A DNA stretch of 64,000 bases from Candidatus Heimdallarchaeum endolithica (GCA_021513715.1 CP084167.1:64001-128000); one strand, 5' to 3'; positions 11,700 to 23,022 are shown, counted from the first letter of the stretch. Program-made: numbers and translations. Notes: a model not told the origin generated them from the sequence alone.

Positions 11700-13082
11700 T
11701 CATTCACTAACAATAAAGCCATATTCTTCCTTAGTTTCTTTTAATTTACTTACTACAAAATCTCTTTTTTTGACAAAAATAATCAACACTATAGTAGCAA
11801 TAATTGCTAACAATGAAGTAATTAAAAATAGATACTCAACACCAAAAGCTTGTAATCCTATGAAAGAAAAATCTTGCTCACTAAATTTATCGTAGAGAAT
11901 ACCACCTAAAATAGGTCCAAGAATTGAACCAGTATTAAAGAACATTTGAACATTACCAAATTCTAATCCTCTTTTTTCAGGTTCTACAAGATCAGCTTGC
12001 AAAGCTCTAAATGAAGGCATATTCATTTGTTGAACTATTTGTCTGGCGGTAAATAGACCTATAATTACGAATATCGAGAATTTAAAACCAGCAAAACCCA
12101 TAAGAATACCTGAAAATAACCCAGTAAATAGTACAACTACTTTTTTGTTTGTTCTATCACTAACCCAACCTCCTATTGGATTAAAAATAACTCCAATTAA
12201 ACCAACAATACCAAAAATTGTACCAATAAATTCTTCTGATAAATTGTAAAATTGGTAGAAAAATAAAGAAAAAATAGGAAAGACCATTGCGAAACCAAAA
12301 CCATTAGAAAAAGCCATAATAAAAATAGCTCTTAAACTTACAGTTCTTTCTTTCCAGAATGAAGGTCTTAAGAAACTTGGAATTCCTAAATTAGATAAAT
12401 TAAAGGTAGTCTTTATTACTAAAACTACTGCATGCCAAATTTCTCTAATTGACATTCGTGCTTTATCTGTTTTAGGATCAATTACTAGTATATTAAAAAT
12501 TACAAAACCAATAAAAGATAATCCACCCATCATAAAAAAAGTGAATTGAAAAGCCTTAATTTGACTCGATACAAACAGTTTAGCAAACCAAATAAGGACA
12601 GAACTTAGAAAAGGGCCTATTGACCATCCTAAAGTCATGCTCATCATAAACCAACCTAAGTTCCTTCCTCTCTTTTCCTCTTTTGAAACATCTACAACTG
12701 CAGATTCAGCAACAGGCCAAACAAGAGCTGAAGCAATACCCTGTACAAATCTAACAGCAAAAAGAGCGTAAAAACTTGTAGCCAAACCAAATCCAAAAGT
12801 TAGGATAACATATAAACCAAGACCAACAACAATTATCGCTTTTCTCCCCTCTTTGTCACTCATTCGCCCATAAAAAGGTGCAAGAAAAGCTCTTGAAATC
12901 ATCATTGCAGAAGTAAGCAAACCTATCTGTGTAACTTCACGAATAATAATAAAACCTAAGTCTATGGGATAGAAAAACAATGAAGAATAAATCGAGAGAA
13001 AAGGCATTATTGCACCAAAACCCAAGTTTACTATGAAACTAGAAAGCATTAACCCAAATAGTGTTCGCTTATATTTGTCCAT
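11700..13082 (-). CDS. MFS transporter (DHA1/TetA-like)
   Basis: About 12 TM segments; GRMSDKEGRK and GWVSDRTNKK motif-A loops. Confidence 0.9.
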   Translation of the reverse strand: MDKYKRTLFGLMLSSFIVNLGFGAIMPFLSIYSSLFFYPIDLGFIIIREVTQIGLLTSAMMISRAFLAPFYGRMSDKEGRKAIIVVGLGLYVILTFGFGLATSFYALFAVRFVQGIASALVWPVAESAVVDVSKEEKRGRNLGWFMMSMTLGWSIGPFLSSVLIWFAKLFVSSQIKAFQFTFFMMGGLSFIGFVIFNILVIDPKTDKARMSIREIWHAVVLVIKTTFNLSNLGIPSFLRPSFWKERTVSLRAIFIMAFSNGFGFAMVFPIFSLFFYQFYNLSEEFIGTIFGIVGLIGVIFNPIGGWVSDRTNKKVVVLFTGLFSGILMGFAGFKFSIFVIIGLFTARQIVQQMNMPSFRALQADLVEPEKRGLEFGNVQMFFNTGSILGPILGGILYDKFSEQDFSFIGLQAFGVEYLFLITSLLAIIATIVLIIFVKKRDFVVSKLKETKEEYGFIVSE

Positions 13083-13155
13083 GAAATAATCCGTTAAAAA
13101 TTTTTTTTAAATGTTTGGATATTTAAGATTATAAAAAGTAAAAAAAGAAAGAGAT

Positions 13156-14163
13156 TTAGTATTTTATTCTAGGGTCAATAAACACATAAGTTATATCTGT
13201 TAGCAATCTTGCTATTAGGAACAAGAATGGAAATATGGTGTTAGTAGCCATCATCATTGGAAAATCTCTCATGAATGCTGCTTCCAAGAAGTATGTTCCT
13301 AACCCTGGCCAACTAAAAACTGTTTCAATCATCACTGAGCCTGATAACAATCCTGGTAGTGAATTTCCAATAATTGTTACAATTGGTAGTAATCCATTTC
13401 TAAATGCATGCTTATATATTACAGCTCGTTGTTCTACACCTTTTGCCATTGCTGTTTTTATATAATCTTGCCGCAATATTTCTAACAATTGTGACCTTAT
13501 TAGTCTAGCCATAAATACAAGTCCCCCTAGTGTTAGGGACAGAAGTGGCAGAAGCATAAATTTATAGAAATGCGGATTAAGCAATAATGGTTTATCAAAC
13601 GCTTGTTTATTTGAAACTCCTGTAAATCCAAACAAAACAAAACTTACATACATTAATAACTTTGCCAACCAGAATAAAGGCATTGAATAGCCTAATAACA
13701 TTGCAACAGTTAAAGACTTATCCCAGAAAGACCTTGATCTAGTTGCTGACACTACACCAATTGCAGTTGAAAGCAGTAAGGAAAGAACAAAAGATAAAGC
13801 ATTTAGCGTTACAGTATATACAGCATGTCTTTTTATGATGTCTGCAACAGGTATTCCTTCCCCTCCTTGAGTGTTTGACCAACTTCTACCAAAATCAAAA
13901 TGTAATAAATCAGTCATAAAAGAAACGTATCTTTCAAACCATGGAACAGTATAATAATTTGGGGACATTAATCCCATTTCAATTGCTGCTTTATTGTAAG
14001 CATTATTATAACATTCAGGAGTTTCACACTTGATTAAGCCTACTCGAACAAGAACAGGATCTCCAGGAGCAATGTTGATCAAGGTAAAATTCATCAAAGT
14101 TATGGCAATCATAACAGGAACTATGTACAAAATTCTCCGTAAAATGTAACCTTTTAAACTCAT
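13156..14163 (-). CDS. Peptide/nickel ABC transporter permease, DppB/OppB family (probable start MSLKGY at 14163)
   Basis: APGDPV, DFGRS, QDYIKTAMAKG (EAA-like loop), KHAFRN, ETVFSWPGLG, DPRIKY. Confidence 0.9.
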   Translation of the reverse strand: MSLKGYILRRILYIVPVMIAITLMNFTLINIAPGDPVLVRVGLIKCETPECYNNAYNKAAIEMGLMSPNYYTVPWFERYVSFMTDLLHFDFGRSWSNTQGGEGIPVADIIKRHAVYTVTLNALSFVLSLLLSTAIGVVSATRSRSFWDKSLTVAMLLGYSMPLFWLAKLLMYVSFVLFGFTGVSNKQAFDKPLLLNPHFYKFMLLPLLSLTLGGLVFMARLIRSQLLEILRQDYIKTAMAKGVEQRAVIYKHAFRNGLLPIVTIIGNSLPGLLSGSVMIETVFSWPGLGTYFLEAAFMRDFPMMMATNTIFPFLFLIARLLTDITYVFIDPRIKY

Positions 14164-14458
14164 TATCAGCTCACTTTTCAACTCACAAATTTTTGAAACA
14201 TTTATCAACTTAGTTTTTAGTACAATTTTTGTATGCAAGTTTTGCTCTCTAGAAAACTCTTTGGAGAAAAAACAAAAAACAAGTTAACAGAAAAGAATAT
14301 TGAGCACTCTTCTGCCATTATTTGACATTTTTAAAGAATTTCTCTTTATTTTATGTAAAAAGATATTTTACTTAATATTATTATAGTACATGAATTGTAA
14401 AAAATCATTTTGTCCCTTAATAGTCAAATTTAATAACTATTAGTTCAATTATTTCAAT

Positions 14459-16111
14459 ATGACGGAAGTAGAAGAGATAAAGCATCATTCTAAGTGGTTA
14501 GATATTTTAGCAATAATTGTCGTTTCTCTTCTATTTCCAATAGTTGTTCTTTCAAAGATTTTACTTATTCTCTCTTATATCTTTATCCCAAGAAGTATTA
14601 CTGAACTAGTCCCAGCCTTAAACATTCAGCGAAAATATCTTCTTTATCTTTCAACGATTCTTGCAAGTAAAGAAGAAAAAGAACTAGCCAATGTTCAAGA
14701 AACAATAGATAATATTCTCCTAAAACAAGAAAAAATAAGAGATGCCTATCCAATTCAAAGAAGTGTTGGAGAGCTTTTTGATAAATTCTCTACTTTCTCA
14801 CTTTTTGTTCTTCTACCCTTATTTGTCTGGAAACAACCCTTTTTAGAGAAATTCAGCTATATCAATCCAATTATTTTAGTTTTAGTTTTTAGTACGGTTC
14901 AAGGAATGCTAAGTGCGATTACTGCTTCTTTTGGACCATTTTTCAAATTATTTCACAAGATGAGTATGATAATGCTCAAATACAAGGCCTATAGAGCAGC
15001 TTATTACTATCAAAAACTAGAAGATCTTTTTGCTTTACCCTTCCTTGCATCAAGGAGTTCATATCGTTTTATTGATGCTCCTCCTATTTCTAAAGAGACT
15101 TATGAAGATTTTAAAATTGATTTACATCAAGATGTAGATGCAATTAAAAGAAGGGTTATGGATTTTTTGAATATATATGGAGCGAATATGAGTAAAGAAA
15201 CTCAAGAATTATTTAATCAATATTTATCTAAAATTGATCAAGAGAGACTTGATATGCATAAAATAGAGGATTCTATTGCTCGAGCTTTTGCTTTGCTTAT
15301 TTGGAAAAGGCAGTCAAGTTTCTTTCCTTGGAAAAAAAATCCAGCAATCAAGCAATTTGCCAAAAAAAACAACCTAAGTTATAAAGAAGCAAAAAAAGCT
15401 TTAAGTTTCATTGCTAGCAAATTAAGAGATAAATTTGTTTCTGATGAATTTTATAACTCAATCCTTCTCACAGGAAGTTTAAGAGGTATTTATGAATTAG
15501 AAAAAAAATTTAACATAGATTTACAAGATAGTACTTTCAGTCAAATAGCTTTTTCTTTAGCTCTTGGAGGACAAAGATACATTTTGGATTTTTTTACAGA
15601 ATATCATTGGTATATCAGAGTTTTAATATTCTTCCGTAATTTACTTGTTTTCTTGTTAGGGCCAGTATTAGCTATAATTGAAATTTTCATAGATTATTTA
15701 AAACACATTAAATCAGAAACAGAATTTTTCTTAAGTAAAAAAGAAAAGAATTTTCTGAGAATTTATGTAAAAACTCGATTTAATGAAATGAAAAAGGAAT
15801 TTATTAAAAAGTTGACCAAAAAAAGTTCAAAAAAGAATGAAAAAATAAAAATAAAAAATGAGAAAAAAGGAATAATTGCTTTATTTAACATTCTAAAATT
15901 AATAATTCAAATCGTTTTAGCTTTACCATTAAGTTTGTATTATATAGGAAGAGCACTAGTTTCCATTTTTAAATTCAATTGGTTAAAAAAGAAAACTGAA
16001 AAAGAAATCACAACTAGAGCTTTTGAAAAAGAATTAGCAACTTTTGCACTTGCATCAATGTATCAAGAAATCTATGACAAACTAGTCTTGAACACCTATT
16101 ATTATTCATAA
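14459..16111 (+). CDS. Hypothetical membrane protein
   Basis: 550-aa ORF with several hydrophobic segments; no family recognised. Confidence 0.7.
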   Translation: MTEVEEIKHHSKWLDILAIIVVSLLFPIVVLSKILLILSYIFIPRSITELVPALNIQRKYLLYLSTILASKEEKELANVQETIDNILLKQEKIRDAYPIQRSVGELFDKFSTFSLFVLLPLFVWKQPFLEKFSYINPIILVLVFSTVQGMLSAITASFGPFFKLFHKMSMIMLKYKAYRAAYYYQKLEDLFALPFLASRSSYRFIDAPPISKETYEDFKIDLHQDVDAIKRRVMDFLNIYGANMSKETQELFNQYLSKIDQERLDMHKIEDSIARAFALLIWKRQSSFFPWKKNPAIKQFAKKNNLSYKEAKKALSFIASKLRDKFVSDEFYNSILLTGSLRGIYELEKKFNIDLQDSTFSQIAFSLALGGQRYILDFFTEYHWYIRVLIFFRNLLVFLLGPVLAIIEIFIDYLKHIKSETEFFLSKKEKNFLRIYVKTRFNEMKKEFIKKLTKKSSKKNEKIKIKNEKKGIIALFNILKLIIQIVLALPLSLYYIGRALVSIFKFNWLKKKTEKEITTRAFEKELATFALASMYQEIYDKLVLNTYYYS

Positions 16112-16267
16112 CTAACTTTACTGAATTAAATAAATTTCTACATTTACTCCTTTTTCTTATAATAATATAAATTTTAGGCTGTTAATATTTAGAAGAATAT
16201 TTGTGTAATTTATAAATGATACCGTTACAATCAAAAAATATATTTATTAAAAGAAACTAGTTATCTT

Positions 16268-17326
16268 ATGAAACTTAATAAATTAAATAAAAAAGCAGTT
16301 TCGCCAGTTATTGCAGTTGTTCTGCTAATTGCTTTAGTTACAGCAGCAGTAGCTATAGTATTTTTTGTAGTTTTACCAATGGTTCAAGGTGATCCCCAAC
16401 TTGTTGTTTTAAAAATTACTCCAGGAGACACTAATTCTGATAACAGAGTTGATAAACTAATTATTGACTACCAAAATATTGGTGCGGGAGAAGCTATCAT
16501 TTCAAGCATTACATTATATAAATATAATACTTCAATCACATGGGATATAGATAAAACGCTTCCTCATTCTATAAAACCAAATAAACAAGATGTTATTATT
16601 CTAACAACTTCAGATCCTACTGAACAGTTAAAATATCCTGACATTGCATACCTTGAAACCAATTACGGTGATGGAATTCTTTTAAGAACAGATATTACTA
16701 TCGACTCTGACTTCTCACCAGTAACTCTAATCTACTCAGAAGATTTTAACTCTTATTCAGATGGTTATTCTCCAGCAGAATGGACATATTTCTTTGTAGC
16801 ACAACATAATCCTACTGGAACTCACACTATTAATGATTGGCAAGTTCAAAGTGGTTCTCTTAAAGTGATGGCTAATGATTGTTCTTATATCATTCTTAAT
16901 TCAAGTACAGGTTATTACTATACTAATGTTAATATGAGCTTTGATCTTAAAGCAAACGACGATGATGAACTTGGAATCATCTTTAGATGGCAAAATGATG
17001 GAGGAAAAGAAAAATATTATCTAGTAAGCTATACTAGAGATCATGGTTTATCAGATCATTTTGGCGGAGATAATCCTACAGATGGGGAAGTAACCTTATC
17101 ATATGTTGAGAACAATGTAATTACTGTTATTGACAGCGCTTCATTCAGTAGAAATGACAACAGTTGGTATAATTACAGGTTAGTTACTGATGGTTCATCA
17201 ATAAAAGTATACATCAATGATGTTCTATACATTGATACAACAAGTACTCTAATTTCTGGGGGATATATTGGTCTTGCATCTGCTGCAATGAATGGAGCTG
17301 AATTTGATAATATTCTTGTATGGTAA
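16268..17326 (+). CDS. Archaeal type IV pilin-like protein with C-terminal LamG/lectin-like beta-sandwich
   Basis: Class III signal KKA|VSPVIAVVLLIA; C-terminal domain containing NDDDELGIIFRWQ and GGYIGL. Confidence 0.8.
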   Translation: MKLNKLNKKAVSPVIAVVLLIALVTAAVAIVFFVVLPMVQGDPQLVVLKITPGDTNSDNRVDKLIIDYQNIGAGEAIISSITLYKYNTSITWDIDKTLPHSIKPNKQDVIILTTSDPTEQLKYPDIAYLETNYGDGILLRTDITIDSDFSPVTLIYSEDFNSYSDGYSPAEWTYFFVAQHNPTGTHTINDWQVQSGSLKVMANDCSYIILNSSTGYYYTNVNMSFDLKANDDDELGIIFRWQNDGGKEKYYLVSYTRDHGLSDHFGGDNPTDGEVTLSYVENNVITVIDSASFSRNDNSWYNYRLVTDGSSIKVYINDVLYIDTTSTLISGGYIGLASAAMNGAEFDNILVW

Positions 17327-17396
17327 AATTTTGATTTTTTCTTCTTTTTCTTTTTTGAATTTAATACTCATTCTTAAACTAAAAAAAAAAAGAATT

Positions 17397-18542
17397 TTAA
17401 TATACACCTAATTGTTCATCTTTCTTTAAGATTCTTCGAGGGTTTCTTATTCCATCTCTATTGCCGTATATCCCTTTTCCTTTAATTAATTCACCGTAGT
17501 CTCCATGTTGAATTAATGCAGGAATTACGCATTCTGGGCTTACTCTTTGGCTTACAACAGTTCCTTCTTCACCATAGCTTCCACGTTGACTAATATCATT
17601 TTCATCTTTAGTTACAAACATGTTCATTCTCTCCCAAGGATAATAATCTAGGTCATAGTTTTCATTTGGCAATTCTGTTTGCATTGTTGGTCCAAAAAGC
17701 GATTGTCCATAGTAACCTGCAAGAGGTAGTTTTAATTCTTCTTTTACTAGTCTGTGTGTTTCTTGAGACATAGGAACACCTCCATGTATTATAGCTTTGA
17801 GATTTCCATGTTCTTTCATTTTTTTGATTATTGGATACATTTTCTCTACAATCACACCAGTTGTAATAACAATTCCAATGTTACTGAATTCTTGCTCTAT
17901 TAAATTCTGTACCTGAAAATTCATGTTTTCTAGATATAACTTTGCTGCATTAGGATCTTTCATCATTGAGACTTTTATGAATCGAGGGTCAAGATCTATG
18001 TGATAAATCATAGATTCCATATCTCTATCCCAGTATTTTACTACCCACTTCCCAGCCATATGGGGACCAGTAGGAAGCATCGATAGGACATTTAAGCCTC
18101 TTGGGATTTTATGAGCATCGATCATTCTTAAAGCTGCTTGACTTGCAACTGGAAATGTAGGCAGTTCAATATCATATGGGTCCAATTCTCCTGGAAGAAG
18201 AGTCATATCTTCAAGAAACACAGTTTTTTTTGGTTTCCCTGTTGTTCCTCCTGTTTCAACTAGAGGAGTAGCTCTATGTCTACTTTTCTTTGCCCATTTA
18301 AAAGCCCATTTAGTAGTTGTGTGATAAATAGACTTTCTAAACTCATCAGGCTTAACATCGCCAAAAAACTCTGTAAGTTCTACCCAGTTTCTTACGTCTC
18401 CTTTCTTTACATTTTTATTTTTTGCTAAATTAATCATCATTGGAGACCCATATTCTTCATCTATTGCGATATTTACGCATTCTTCAATAAAATCACTTAT
18501 TTGATTTTTACTTGTTGTTTCACTTTTGGTTTCAGTAATCAT
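17397..18542 (-). CDS. GriC/EhpF-like adenylate-forming enzyme (phenylacetate-CoA-ligase-related)
   Basis: ETGGTTGKPK P-loop, PTGPH, IDLDPRFIK, YYGQS. Confidence 0.72.
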   Translation of the reverse strand: MITETKSETTSKNQISDFIEECVNIAIDEEYGSPMMINLAKNKNVKKGDVRNWVELTEFFGDVKPDEFRKSIYHTTTKWAFKWAKKSRHRATPLVETGGTTGKPKKTVFLEDMTLLPGELDPYDIELPTFPVASQAALRMIDAHKIPRGLNVLSMLPTGPHMAGKWVVKYWDRDMESMIYHIDLDPRFIKVSMMKDPNAAKLYLENMNFQVQNLIEQEFSNIGIVITTGVIVEKMYPIIKKMKEHGNLKAIIHGGVPMSQETHRLVKEELKLPLAGYYGQSLFGPTMQTELPNENYDLDYYPWERMNMFVTKDENDISQRGSYGEEGTVVSQRVSPECVIPALIQHGDYGELIKGKGIYGNRDGIRNPRRILKKDEQLGVY

Positions 18543-18572
18543 TTTTTCACCAATTATTTATTCTATAATTTA

Positions 18573-18588
18573 TTTATAAATGAGGAAA
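18573..18588 (-). promoter_or_regulatory. TTTC-N4-TATA promoter of the GriC-like gene
   Basis: Minus strand TTTC-CTCA-TTTATAAA, 30 nt before the ATG at 18542. Confidence 0.65.
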
Positions 18589-18801
18589 TTTTCAAAAAAA
18601 ACTGCAATTTTTCTGCAATTATTAACGGAATATAATTAATTAAATAAAACGATGTATGTTTGCAAAAAGGGGAATAAAACTTTTTATTGGGTCAAACATC
18701 TTTGAGTTTTATTCCTTTTTTTCTTTTCTTATCCTCTATTATTCTCTATAGTTGTATTGAACAAATATATATAAACCTAAAGAAAATAATTTAAAAAAGT
18801 T

Positions 18802-20496
18802 CTAATTCTTATTATTCATAAACTCTTGAATTACTTGTTTTGATTGTTCTTCGTATTCTTCTTGTAAAGCGATTTTCATGAAATCTTCTTTTAGCTTTTC
18901 TGCTAAACACTCTGAATTAATAAGAAGTTTGTACATCTTTATTTCTTCATTAAGTTTGATAAACTTTAATTTTTTACTTTCATTTTCAAGTTCAGATAAA
19001 CCTTTTAACACTCTTTTTTTATTTTTCACTTTATCTTGTAGATACAAGTCAATTAGCTTATAAATTTTAAATTGTATTTTATAAATTATTACTTCTGTAT
19101 TTTGTATTTCGTTTGTAAGCTCTTCAATAAGAGAATGAAAATATCCAAATAACCCTCTTGATAATAGTATTTTGCATGATTCAAGTTTATTAATAATAGA
19201 GTATTCTTGAGTAAAGGTTCTCTCTTTTAATTCTGCATGTAACTCGGATAATCTTTTTTCAATTTCTTCTTTTGGGATATCATCAACAAAAAGCAGATTT
19301 GCTACTAGTTCAATGTAGTCATGTTGTGTTCCATCTTTTTTTTCTATAAAATATTCAATTAATAAGTTTTGATCCTTTAAAAATAGAAATTCTTCTTTTT
19401 TTACTAATTTTGATAATTGTTCTTTTAGATTAGGAAACACCTCTTCTGAAAAATCTTTATCCATTACATAGTAAATAAATCTTAAAGTCAAATAAAGTTT
19501 GTATAAATAGTAGTCATGGGTTTTTTTATCTATTTTATTCTCTAATTTTGCAAGTATTTGATACAATTCTTTCAAATATTCCATAGATTTTTCTATATTT
19601 CCTTTAAAAACAGAAGAACGGGCTAAAAACTTCAAACTTTCTAAAGCAAAGAAATAGTAAGGGTAAATAAGGTTTGCTTGTTTCTGAAAATCAAATGAAA
19701 GTTTAAAGTGTTTTTCAGCAAGAGAGTATTGCTTTAACAAATAATAACTTTTACCCAATCTGAAAGTAATCATAATTTTTATTTCAGAATGTACTTTTTC
19801 CAAAATATTTTCATTTTCAATTTCTTGCATAAGTTCTTTTGCTTTCTCATTTTGTGCTTGCCTTATTAAAAAAAGAATAAAAATAGACTTTATTACTAAA
19901 TATGACCTGATTTTTTCGGTGTTATAAAAGTAATTAATGACTTCATTCCAGAAAGAGAGATTGCTTTTTGACAATTTTTTCATTAACTCGGGATAAAAAG
20001 AGAGATATGAAAAAGCAATATCGTAAAAAATTTCTCTGTTTTGTTCTTTAAATTTTTTTGCTATTTGGAATGCTTCTTTGATTTTTTTGGTAGAAAGTTC
20101 AAATTTTTTTTCCATCTTAAAAAGTACTGCATCAATTCGTGTTTTTAATGCTTGAATTTCTGGGATATTTCCATATTTAGATGAAATCTGTTCAATTTCT
20201 TCAGATAGTGATTTTAGTAACGAAGGTTCAAAAAACATTGCTTGTGAATATAAATGATTTAATAAAAGAAAATATTTTAAAATGTAAGGCTTTTTTTGAC
20301 AAGTATTGTTTTTTTTGATAAAAGTATGAAATTCTTTGTATAGTTTAAATAAATCAACACTTCGTTCATTATAGTTAAGAAAAAATAACTTTTCATAAAT
20401 ATCTTCAATTTCTTTGCTTTTAAGGTCATGAAGTGAAGAGAAAACAAGATTTTCTAAATTTTCTTTTATCTTTTTAACTTTAGAAGGGTCAAACAT
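18802..20496 (-). CDS. TPR-like alpha-helical protein
   Basis: TPR-like helices such as LGKSYYLLKQYSLAEKHFKLSF. Confidence 0.65.
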   Translation of the reverse strand: MFDPSKVKKIKENLENLVFSSLHDLKSKEIEDIYEKLFFLNYNERSVDLFKLYKEFHTFIKKNNTCQKKPYILKYFLLLNHLYSQAMFFEPSLLKSLSEEIEQISSKYGNIPEIQALKTRIDAVLFKMEKKFELSTKKIKEAFQIAKKFKEQNREIFYDIAFSYLSFYPELMKKLSKSNLSFWNEVINYFYNTEKIRSYLVIKSIFILFLIRQAQNEKAKELMQEIENENILEKVHSEIKIMITFRLGKSYYLLKQYSLAEKHFKLSFDFQKQANLIYPYYFFALESLKFLARSSVFKGNIEKSMEYLKELYQILAKLENKIDKKTHDYYLYKLYLTLRFIYYVMDKDFSEEVFPNLKEQLSKLVKKEEFLFLKDQNLLIEYFIEKKDGTQHDYIELVANLLFVDDIPKEEIEKRLSELHAELKERTFTQEYSIINKLESCKILLSRGLFGYFHSLIEELTNEIQNTEVIIYKIQFKIYKLIDLYLQDKVKNKKRVLKGLSELENESKKLKFIKLNEEIKMYKLLINSECLAEKLKEDFMKIALQEEYEEQSKQVIQEFMNNKN

Positions 20497-20654
20497 CTAA
20501 ATGAAATAGAGCTTTTATACAGATAAATATTACTGTTCTCATTTTATCATAATAAAACAAAATAAAAGTAACTTTTTTCTTTCTAACATTACTAAATCCC
20601 TAAAAGTTCTAAATAACTTTAAAAAGTAAAATCTTTATTATTTCTTGAGCGACG

Positions 20655-21506
20655 ATGGAACATAGCGAATTTAAGTGGGATGTTGAGAATCAACCCAGAT
20701 CACGTATTAGTGTTATTGCTGTTCATAGTCAAAAAGGTGGTCCTGGAAAAACTACTATTTCTGTCAATTTAGCTTTAGAATTTGCAAAGAGGAATAAAAA
20801 AACTCTTTTTGTAGATTTAGATATAGGTGGAGGAACAGCTCAACATGTGTTTAACATTTCTAAAGAAGAAATTAAGTTAACTATTAATGACATACTACTT
20901 GGAAACAAGAATTTTAACAAGAATAACGTTAATCATACTGAAATAGAAAACTTAGATGTAATAGTTTCAAAAGAGGATGTAGAATTTGGTTCAGGCCTAT
21001 TAAATCTAATGAAAGAGATTCAGGATAATGCATTTTTCAGATTAATAGAATTTGTTAATACTGTAAAAAAGAATGGTTATGACTGTATAGTTTTTGATTG
21101 CACACCAGGATGGAAAATTGAAAGTTTATATGCATTATGTGTAAGCGATATTAATCTTTTTATCCTCAGACCAAGTACTTTCAGCTTCAAGGGAGCAAAG
21201 TACATGCTAAATAAGATGTATAGGGAAATTGATGTTTTATCATCTGCAAAAACAAAAAAACCTTCTACTTACTTCATTTATAACCAAACTCCTTTTGATA
21301 AAGAGTCAGAGGTTGAAGAAATATTAGAAAAATGGAAAAAGGAAATTGTTGAAGCATATAAACCTAAGAAAATAGAATTTCTAAAAGAAATACGATATTC
21401 TGATGAAATTAACAATCGCACAATCAATGGTAATTATTTTGCTCCTGAAGGTTCTGAACTTCACTTATCTATTCAGCAAATAACAGATAAATTAGAAAAA
21501 AAATAA
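20655..21506 (+). CDS. ParA/MinD-family ATPase
   Basis: Deviant Walker A QKGGPGKTT, FVDLD, VFDCTPG. Confidence 0.88.
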   Translation: MEHSEFKWDVENQPRSRISVIAVHSQKGGPGKTTISVNLALEFAKRNKKTLFVDLDIGGGTAQHVFNISKEEIKLTINDILLGNKNFNKNNVNHTEIENLDVIVSKEDVEFGSGLLNLMKEIQDNAFFRLIEFVNTVKKNGYDCIVFDCTPGWKIESLYALCVSDINLFILRPSTFSFKGAKYMLNKMYREIDVLSSAKTKKPSTYFIYNQTPFDKESEVEEILEKWKKEIVEAYKPKKIEFLKEIRYSDEINNRTINGNYFAPEGSELHLSIQQITDKLEKK

Positions 21507-21543
21507 TTGAAAGAAATCGATAACAACTTTCTATAAAATAAAG

Positions 21544-22886
21544 TTACAATTCTTTTAGTTCCAATTTGACTATTTTTCTTTTCCATTTATTGAACTCTGT
21601 TACTTCTGTTGGATAAGAGAGAGAGAGTTTTTCAATCTTTTTAGCAATTAGAATCATTCTTATTAGTCTAAGCATGAGTTTAGGTTTTTTTAACGCTTTA
21701 ATGAATTTACTAAAAATGGGTGGTTTATAGCCTAAATCACCTAAAACACTATTAACATCTTCTTGAGTTATAATACCACTAGCAAATAAATATTCAAAGT
21801 CTAAAATAGGATATTTTTTCATGAATTTGTGGATAGCTATCCCCATACTTCCTAAATAACCAAATTTTTGCCAGATATCTATATTATATTGCCACAAACT
21901 TTCTTCAGAAAAATCTCTTCTTGCAAATGCGGAGATAATTGTTCTTGCAGCATAATATCCAGATAATAGAGCTAGACCATGCCCTTCTCCATTTATTGGA
22001 TTTGCTAATGCAGCAGCATCACCACAAACAATCAAATTTTCTCCCACCATTGAATACAGAGGTAAACGACCAGGAAGTAAATCAGTATCATGTCTAATAA
22101 CTTTACACTAAGGAAAAATCTTTTCTCTAATTTTTTCTAGAACATCACTTGGGTTGATCTTCTTATTCTGTTCATTTATTAACCAACCTACTCCTACGTT
22201 CAACTTTGTTTTACCTTTTGAAAAAATCCAAAAGTAACCAGGAGGAGGAAGTTCAGGATGAAGTTCTATCCTCATTTGTTTCTGAAAAGAATGTTCTTCT
22301 TTTGTTTGAATAATTTCTCTACATGAAACTATAGTTTCCTCTCTACTAACTTGGTTAATTTTAGGAAATATATCACTAGGAAGCTGTTTTCTTATTATTG
22401 CAGTATATCCAGAACAATCTGTTACTATTTTGGAATAATAATGCTTCTTTTTTCCTGTCTTATCTTTAGTAACTACACCAACAATTTTTCCTTCTGTAAT
22501 GATAGGTTCCACGGCTTTTGTTTCTGTTAATATAGAAATTGTTGGGAAATTTTGCACATTTTTAATAATTGTTGGCCATACTTTAATCTATCAATAGTTC
22601 TACATTGAAAAGCGATACTTATTTCAAACTTGTTTGCAGAAGAGAGATGAACTGTTTCTAGTTTCTCACAAACAGATTCAGAATTTGGTTCTTCTATCTG
22701 ACAAAGAGTTTTTAGCTCTTCTGTTCTTTCGAATCCTAAAGCATCCCCACAAGTTTTTTCTCCTATTAATTTTATAGATTTTTTTTCAATTAATAATGTA
22801 CTTAGCTTGTTTTTTCCTAAACAATAAGCAAGACTCAATCCTGCAGGACCTGCTCCAATAATAATAACATCAAACGAAGAATTCAA
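21544..22886 (-). pseudogene. Geranylgeranyl reductase family flavoprotein, disrupted
   Basis: GAGPAG, CGDA, GYFWIF and GDAAALANPINGEG are spread over three ORFs; frameshift at the T5 run 22559-22563 and in-frame TAG at 22108-22110. Confidence 0.82.
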
Positions 22887-23022
22887 ATTTACCGCTTTGC
22901 TATAATTTGTATGTTAAAAAAGTTTTCTCCAAATATGATTTAATGAACTTTATAATTTCAAATGAAGCCTTTTTATAAAAGTTCATTGATTACAATTATC
23001 AAAACAAACTTTCTATAATACT

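Noticed and set aside
18689-20498. 13-bp direct repeat GGGTCAAACATCT at 18689-18701 and 20486-20498 around the TPR-like gene
   Set aside because: One copy overlaps the start codon and the other opens only a 19-codon ORF; no recombinase nearby, so chance cannot be excluded
22108-22110. Pyrrolysine or other amber recoding
   Set aside because: The same gene also has a frameshift, and TAG is a normal stop for many genes in this window
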